Source of the DNA: Nitrososphaerota archaeon
GTDB taxonomy: Archaea; Thermoproteota; Nitrososphaeria_A; Caldarchaeales; Calditenuaceae
NCBI GenBank assembly: GCA_041641295.1
Contig: JBEPYO010000001.1
Span: forward strand, 1,280,001-1,344,000
Direction: 5' to 3'
DNA: 64,000 bases
The notes under the pieces are model-generated. The model was given only the letters and a program-made list of their open reading frames with translations. It did not search any database and was not told the DNA's origin. Of this stretch, positions 58,471 through 64,000 are shown in pieces. The translations under genes and the position numbers were made by a program. Each line of letters begins with the position of its first letter. The first letter of the stretch is position 1.

Positions 58471-59442
58471 GTGGTGTTGGAGGTAGAGGCGTGTCACTTA
58501 GGAGGTGTGATGCCGAGGTCTGAGGAGCTGATTATGGCTTTTAGAAGGTTTGCTGAGGGGCGGGAGACCTATGATAGTGTAGTGGCTCTGGCGCGGCGGG
58601 AGGCCTCTGCGCTTATTGAGATGCAGAGGCGGCTGGGCATGACATACATAGTTGAGGGCCAGCTCCTATGGCACGACATTCTGCGGCCCTTCGCCGAACA
58701 CTTGGAGGGTGTTAAGGTTGGCCCCCTGACGCGTTGGTTCGACAACAACCTCTTCTACAAGAAGCCCGTAATAGTCTCAAACCTCGTGAGAACAACTAGC
58801 ATCCTTGAGAAATATGTCTTTACAGACCTTTTGAAGGGGGTTAACTGGAAACTTATTCTCCCAGAGCCCTACACGTTCTACAGCCTATCAACCAACCAGT
58901 CATATAGCAGGTGGGAGGACCTGGTTCTAGACTTTGCAGGAATAATTGTGGATGAGTTGAGATCTCTTAAAGACTCTGGGCCGGCGCTACTCCAGCTCAG
59001 CGCCCCATCCCTCGTCGAGAAGAGGCTCGACATGGACCGTGTAGAAACCGTGAAAGAGGCCCTCAGAGTTATAAAGAACGGATTCGGCGGGCTGCTCATG
59101 GTCCACCTCTTCTTCTACGATGCCTCCAACGCTTTTCCATGGATACTCGATGCACCTGTCGATATTGTGGGAATAGACCCCTACTCCACAAATCTCGAGC
59201 GAGTCAGAGGGTACTCCTTCGAGGGTGCTCTCGCGATCGGATGCATTGATGCGCGGAATAGTTACGTTGAGAGTAGTGAGGAGATAGGGGCAATATTATC
59301 CAGTATGGTTAGGTGTGTCAATGCTAAATCATACCATTTAACCACTAACACAGACCTTGAGTATCTGCCGAGGCGTGTGGCTGATGCGAAGATTGAGAGG
59401 CTTGCAGCCGCTTATAGGCTTCTGAGGGGTGGCCTGTCTTGA
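58471..59442 (+). CDS. Split MetE, N-terminal-like subunit
   Basis: GQLLWHDILRP, LTRWFDNNLFYKKP, IDARNS, LEYLP..A.AK. Confidence 0.82.
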   Translation: MVLEVEACHLGGVMPRSEELIMAFRRFAEGRETYDSVVALARREASALIEMQRRLGMTYIVEGQLLWHDILRPFAEHLEGVKVGPLTRWFDNNLFYKKPVIVSNLVRTTSILEKYVFTDLLKGVNWKLILPEPYTFYSLSTNQSYSRWEDLVLDFAGIIVDELRSLKDSGPALLQLSAPSLVEKRLDMDRVETVKEALRVIKNGFGGLLMVHLFFYDASNAFPWILDAPVDIVGIDPYSTNLERVRGYSFEGALAIGCIDARNSYVESSEEIGAILSSMVRCVNAKSYHLTTNTDLEYLPRRVADAKIERLAAAYRLLRGGLS

Positions 59443-60557
59443 AGCTTTTCCCGACACAGGAAGTCGGCAGTCTCATGAGGGCTCCTTTCCTGCGTAAGAG
59501 GCTGGATGATGTTGTGATATCGGAGGCAGAGTACTGGGGGAAGATGTTGGGTGTGGAGGGATATGAGGTGCTGGTGGATAAGCTTAGAAGAAAAGAGTAT
59601 ACGCAGGAGGAGCTGCGGGATTGGGCCTCTCTCTATGCTATTCGATTTCACGAGGCTGCAGGGCTGGACGTTGTTTGGGATGGAGAGCAGAAGAGGATTG
59701 AGATGTATGAGCACGCTCTTAGGCAGGTAAAGGGTGTAGAGTTTCTCGGAAAGGTGAAGGTCTGGGATGCCGAGACATACAATAAGGCGGCAATAAAGTC
59801 AAAGCCCCAGCTAGTCGAGAATAGCTACGTCCCCGAGTTCCTATTCGCAAAGCGGCATGCACGTCGGGAGCTAAAGGTTCCCATAACAGGGCCATACACC
59901 CTGTCTGACTGGAGCTTCGACGAGTACTATGTCGCAAAAGCTAGGCCGTCTGAGAGCCTCATAGAGAGGCGGAGGGAGGCGAGGAGGGAGATGGTGTTTG
60001 ATCTGGCAAAGGAGGTGGTGAGGCCTGTAGTTTTGTCGCTTGTGGAGAATGGTGCCAACAGGATTCAGATAGACGAGCCTGCTGCCACAACTAAGCCTGG
60101 AGAGGTAGGCCTGTTCGTGGAGGCGTTTAACGAGCTGGTAAAGGGAATCAATGCGCGCTTCACAATTCACATCTGCTACAGCGACTACCGTCTATTGTTC
60201 CCCCACATACTTGAAGCCAAGGCCCATGAGCTATCAATCGAGTGTGCAAACAGAGATACGGTGAGGCTGGGGCAGAATGAGAGGATCGGCTACGAGGTCT
60301 TGAAGCTCTTCAAGGAGTACTCGGCGAATTTTATGATTGCCCCCGGCGTAATAGATGTGCACTCCGATTACATAGAACCGCCTGAGCTGGTGAGGGATAG
60401 GCTCCTCTACGCTGCCAAAGTTCTAGACGACCCCTCTCGGATTATAGCCTGTAATGACTGCGGCTTAAGGACTAGGAGATGGGATGTTGCCTTTAGGAAG
60501 GAAAAGAGCCTAGTTGAGGGTGCAAGACTCGCGCGGGAGGCTATAGAACGGGGCTGA
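59439..60557 (+). CDS. metE: Cobalamin-independent methionine synthase catalytic subunit
   Basis: TQEVGS, DGEQ, PITGPYT, IQIDEPA, HICY (Zn), DCGLR. Confidence 0.9.
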   Translation: MKLFPTQEVGSLMRAPFLRKRLDDVVISEAEYWGKMLGVEGYEVLVDKLRRKEYTQEELRDWASLYAIRFHEAAGLDVVWDGEQKRIEMYEHALRQVKGVEFLGKVKVWDAETYNKAAIKSKPQLVENSYVPEFLFAKRHARRELKVPITGPYTLSDWSFDEYYVAKARPSESLIERRREARREMVFDLAKEVVRPVVLSLVENGANRIQIDEPAATTKPGEVGLFVEAFNELVKGINARFTIHICYSDYRLLFPHILEAKAHELSIECANRDTVRLGQNERIGYEVLKLFKEYSANFMIAPGVIDVHSDYIEPPELVRDRLLYAAKVLDDPSRIIACNDCGLRTRRWDVAFRKEKSLVEGARLAREAIERG

Positions 60558-60558
60558 G

Positions 60559-61041
60559 CTATTTCTTACTAGCCTCTTTCGCAGCCGCCTCAGCGGCCTT
60601 TCTGACAACACCCACTGGCCCGGTCTTCCGCCCCGTAGTCCTAGTCCTCTGCCCCCTAACCTTAAGGCCAAGAGAGTGCCGAACCCCTCTCCAAGACTTT
60701 ATCCTCATCTCCCTCTGAATATCCTCCTTTATCGCCAAGTCGAGATCAGCGCCTATTAGGTGAAGGTCTTTCCCACTCTGAGGATCCCGCCTCCGATTAT
60801 ACATCCAAGACGGAATACCGTACTTTGCCGGATTCCTTATACAGTCTTCAATCATCGCTAGCTGCTGGTCAGTTAGCTGTCCAAGTCTCAGCTCTGGGTC
60901 GATGCCTACTGCCCTCGCAACGGCGTATCCTAGTGGTATCCCCACCCCCTTTATCCCCGCGAGCGCGTAGGGTACCTTCTTACCGCCGTCTAAGTCGACG
61001 TTGAGCAGCCTAACGATCAGTCTGAGCTCCTGCTGGGCCAT
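60559..61041 (-). CDS. rps13: 30S ribosomal protein S13 (uS13)
   Basis: IKGVG, IPSWMYNRRRD, WRGVRHSLGLKVRGQRTRTTGR. Confidence 0.97.
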   Translation of the reverse strand: MAQQELRLIVRLLNVDLDGGKKVPYALAGIKGVGIPLGYAVARAVGIDPELRLGQLTDQQLAMIEDCIRNPAKYGIPSWMYNRRRDPQSGKDLHLIGADLDLAIKEDIQREMRIKSWRGVRHSLGLKVRGQRTRTTGRKTGPVGVVRKAAEAAAKEASKK

Positions 61042-61153
61042 CTGGGATAATGTGTTGGGGCTCTTCTAAATAAATATGGCTCTGATGTAGAATCGGGCGA
61101 TGGAGGCATGCATTTTATGATTCACACCGTCCATATAGGCCTAAGTTTTATTT

Positions 61154-61180
61154 AAAAAGGGAGAGAAAGAAGGGAAAGTT
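61154..61180 (-). terminator. Pyrimidine/U-rich terminator-like tract after the hairpin
   Basis: Minus strand AACTTTCCCTTCTTTCTCTCCCTTTTT directly follows the 159-nt hairpin. Confidence 0.55.
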
Positions 61181-61183
61181 GAC

Positions 61184-61342
61184 TGGTGGCCTCACGGCCT
61201 GACAGCATCTAGGAGAACCGTATGAGCCGTAGCAGTAAAAGGTTGGGCGCCTTGAGCCACCTTATTTGGCTCGCAGCGGTTTAACCATTGGTGCCCGGCC
61301 TCATACGGCCCTCTTCCCCGCCGTCAGACTGTGAAGCCACCA
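61184..61342 (-). ncRNA. Putative structured RNA (long hairpin) overlapping the 3' end of the IS110-like gene
   Basis: Imperfect inverted repeat, 61184-61229 versus 61296-61342; five arm differences are G-U pairs on the minus strand; apical GAGCCA/TGGCTC stem at 61254-61272. Confidence 0.65.
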
Positions 61343-62147
61343 TTCCCCTAATAGTCTTAAGTAGTTTAACTTGCTCCTTTGCTCTGACTATGCGTCTCTG
61401 GTAGTAGCTCATGGATAGTCTCTCAAGAGCCATTCTTATTCTTTTATTGTAATGGCTTCTATTGTGTTGGTGACGCCCAAGGTAGCTCAGTATCTTCCGT
61501 AGACCTCTGTTGAAATCTATATTCAGCATAAGGTCTGCTAGAGCTGCCTTTCCATGCACATCATTATCGGAAAGTCCGAGCCTCTCACAAACCTCCCTGT
61601 ATCTTGGGATTATTGTCTCTGCTTCAGCAGCTATCTGCTCAGCGAGCCTGTCTTTAGCTCTCCGTATGATTCGCCTGGCTTCAGCGAATCCTTCAACTCT
61701 GCAATCCAGCTGCCTCATTCTTTTAAGAAGCCTTAAAAGTTTATTGTATTCGGCAATCAGCATCCTAAGCCTTACCTCCTCTTCATGAAGTTCTCTAAAG
61801 AAATTTTCATCAAGTGTTGATAGAATAAATGCATCATTTTCATGCGTTTTCTCTACATTGATCTGTGCCCTCAACTTAGGTAGGATGTCCAGCCTTTTCA
61901 GTCTGAAAACCCTCACCCCTCTCTTCATAAGATCGATGACGTCTCTATAGGCCTCGGCGGGTAAGGAGTCAACGTATACCTCATCACCATCTTTCGCATC
62001 AATCTCTGATAACCTCCAAACCATCTTGAACCTCTCACAATCAAATACTGTATGAGGCTTCCAATCAACGCGACTATGAACATCAACATAAAACCTCCTA
62101 ACAGCCATCCCAGAAACCCTCATTTCTTCTTCCCGGGCCTCACCCAC
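61281..62147 (-). CDS. Compact IS110/TasR/Nop-like protein (RuvC-like domain + coiled coil + truncated C-terminal domain)
   Basis: YVDVH, VYVDS, KTHENDA (cf. IS110 KTDxxDA), LRMLIAEY coiled coil, LRKILSYLG..YNKRIRMAL; GGGGTGA SD-like motif upstream of the GTG. Confidence 0.6.
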   Translation of the reverse strand: MGEAREEEMRVSGMAVRRFYVDVHSRVDWKPHTVFDCERFKMVWRLSEIDAKDGDEVYVDSLPAEAYRDVIDLMKRGVRVFRLKRLDILPKLRAQINVEKTHENDAFILSTLDENFFRELHEEEVRLRMLIAEYNKLLRLLKRMRQLDCRVEGFAEARRIIRRAKDRLAEQIAAEAETIIPRYREVCERLGLSDNDVHGKAALADLMLNIDFNRGLRKILSYLGRHQHNRSHYNKRIRMALERLSMSYYQRRIVRAKEQVKLLKTIRGMVASQSDGGEEGRMRPGTNG

Positions 62148-62666
62148 GCCTTCTCACCCCTTCTTTAGACTTCTCCTCCTTATTCCCTTCAATCCCTCCC
62201 TCTTACGACCTCGGCAATACACCCTCGTATCATGAAGTCCTTTGGAGCGGCTTGGTCTAGTGTGATGTATTTCCATCCAAACCATGACTAGAGGTGGTGA
62301 GGGTTTAACGGTATTTAGGCTTTGAGACCACGTGGTGAAAGTGATATCAATTAGAATAGACCATAAAGACGGGAAAGACCCGAGAATCATCTGTTAAAAT
62401 GAAGTGCCAAGGATTCTATGAGCTTGTAGAGTGTAAGGGGGAGAGTTGGAGAGGTCCTCGAGGAGAAAGTCATGGGAGAGGTTGATAATACTGATGTGGA
62501 GGTTGTCCACCATAAGAGCTATGAGGATGTGGCTGGAGGAGATTGGGGTGCAGATTACGAATTAGGCGTCCTACATAAAGAGTATGAGTGTGGATACGAT
62601 GAGGGGGAGGTGGTTTAGAGGCAGACAGTACCCCAGCACAACTTTAAAAGGTTGAACTATTCTTTA

Positions 62667-63281
62667 ATGGTTGTGCAGCAGGGCTACTACATTATTCCAG
62701 GGGCCACTACTGTCGGGATAAAGGGTGCCGACAGCGTTGTCTTAGCCTCTGAGAAGAGGCTGTCCTATGGCAACTTCGTCGTCTCCAAGAATGCTCAGAA
62801 GGTCTTCCAGCTGACAAAGAATGCGGGGGCGGCCTGCGCCGGGTTGGTCTCAGATATGCAGGGTCTCATAAGGGAGGCCAAGGCATTGATAAACCTCTAC
62901 ATACTCGAGCAGGGCAGGCTCCCATCCGTAAACACAGTCGCAAAAGTCCTATCCACCTACCTATTCGGAAACAGATTCTTCCCATACTTCACTGAGACGG
63001 TTGTGGGCGGCGTCGACTCGACCGGCCCCCACATATATGTGCTAGACCCGCTCGGCTCCATGATCGAGGATGACTACACGGCTGTTGGCAGCGGGGCTGA
63101 GATAGCTGCCGGTGTGCTTGAGACTTGGTTTAAGCCGGGGGCAAGGTCTGAAGAGATAAGTGAGCTAGCAGTGAAGGCTGTCAAGGCAGGGGCTACGCGA
63201 GACGCGGCTAGTGGGAATGGGATAGACATTCTTGTGATCGGCCGGTCTGGGGTTATCAGGATGGAGACGATCCCGTTCTAG
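62667..63281 (+). CDS. psmB: Proteasome beta subunit
   Basis: GATTVG propeptide junction, ASEKR, GLVSD, GSG, RDAASG; TTTAAA at 62643. Confidence 0.95.
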   Translation: MVVQQGYYIIPGATTVGIKGADSVVLASEKRLSYGNFVVSKNAQKVFQLTKNAGAACAGLVSDMQGLIREAKALINLYILEQGRLPSVNTVAKVLSTYLFGNRFFPYFTETVVGGVDSTGPHIYVLDPLGSMIEDDYTAVGSGAEIAAGVLETWFKPGARSEEISELAVKAVKAGATRDAASGNGIDILVIGRSGVIRMETIPF

Positions 63282-63410
63282 ACCTGAGATTTAATCCCTA
63301 TCAATCTGGGCTTAGGAGGGAATAATTTTAGAAGCGGGGGTCGCCCAAAGTCTTTTAGGGGCCGCCGGGTAGGAATAGATTAATGAGGGAGTATAACGCC
63401 GTAATATTAG

Positions 63411-64000
63411 ATGAATCTAAACAAAATGCAGCTCCGCCTCCTACTCTACCTCTACGAGAGAAACGGCTTCAGTAACGGAGTCCAAGTCACAACACCAGCC
63501 CTAGCAAAGTTCCTAAACACTTCACAACAGTCCGCATCCCGCATCATGATAAAGATGGAGAGGGAAGGGTTTATTGAAAGGCGGATGGTTGGTAGATCGT
63601 GCTATGTGAGGTTGACCGAGAAATCCATCAATGAGCTGTCTGAGTTGTATGCGGAGTTGAAGAGGATAATTGAGAAGCCTGTCGAGGTGGTGCTTGAGGG
63701 CCGGGTCTTCAGCGGGATGGGTGAGGGCGCGTATTACATCTCCCTGCCTTGGTACAGGGAACAGATTAGAAAGAAGCTGGGCTTCGACCCGTACCCGGGG
63801 ACGCTTAACGTGAATCTCTTGTCATGGGACTCGATCCAGAATAGGAGGCTTGTCAGCAAATACGCTGACATATGGATAGAAGGGTTCAGGGACAGGAACC
63901 GGACCTATGGTGGAGCGCGGGCGATACTCGCGTCCTTCAACAACTCCGACCTCTGCGCGATCCTATACATCGAGAGGACGCATTATGGAGAGAACGTCAT
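63411..64000 (+). CDS. ribK: CTP-dependent riboflavin kinase with N-terminal wHTH (3'-truncated by window; not in ORF track)
   Basis: Translation gives SQQSASR, GRVFSGMGEGAYY and LGFDPYPGTLNV. Confidence 0.9.
   Translation, partial: MNLNKMQLRLLLYLYERNGFSNGVQVTTPALAKFLNTSQQSASRIMIKMEREGFIERRMVGRSCYVRLTEKSINELSELYAELKRIIEKPVEVVLEGRVFSGMGEGAYYISLPWYREQIRKKLGFDPYPGTLNVNLLSWDSIQNRRLVSKYADIWIEGFRDRNRTYGGARAILASFNNSDLCAILYIERTHYGENV

Noticed and set aside
62301-62310. GGTTTAAC 8-mer shared between the hairpin loop and the upstream region, as a possible guide-donor match
   Set aside because: Only 8 nt, and the same word occurs in reverse orientation near 49770; not distinguishable from chance without homologues.
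1-64000. CRISPR array, cas genes or a multi-unit TIGR-like tandem array
   Set aside because: No regularly spaced direct repeats were seen by eye in any intergenic region, including both flanks of the IS110-like gene.

Overview
Gene-dense chromosomal segment of a hyperthermophilic archaeon. Evidence: reverse gyrase, A-type ATPase, eS1/uS13, proteasome beta, zinc-ferredoxin, and TATA boxes about 25 nt upstream of many starts. Gene content and style suggest a TACK lineage such as Aigarchaeota/Caldarchaeales, which is inference only. Most of the window is housekeeping and metabolism: his, ilvD/leuB, tRNA thiolation, isoprenoid synthesis, split metE, several ABC transporters, and a sugar-ABC plus molybdoenzyme catabolic block beside tRNA-Ala(UGC). 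Items missing from the ORF track are two box C/D sRNAs with guides complementary to conserved 23S peptidyl-transferase-centre sequence, four small ORFs and a 3'-truncated riboflavin kinase. The most unusual element is an insert between rps13 and psmB. It encodes a compact 288-aa IS110/TasR/Nop5-like protein with no recognisable IS110 serine motif. Its 3' end overlaps a 159-nt strand-specific RNA hairpin containing a symmetric 19x19-nt internal loop and followed by a U-rich terminator, making it a candidate RNA-guided system. All calls come from motif recognition by eye; no database searches were run.
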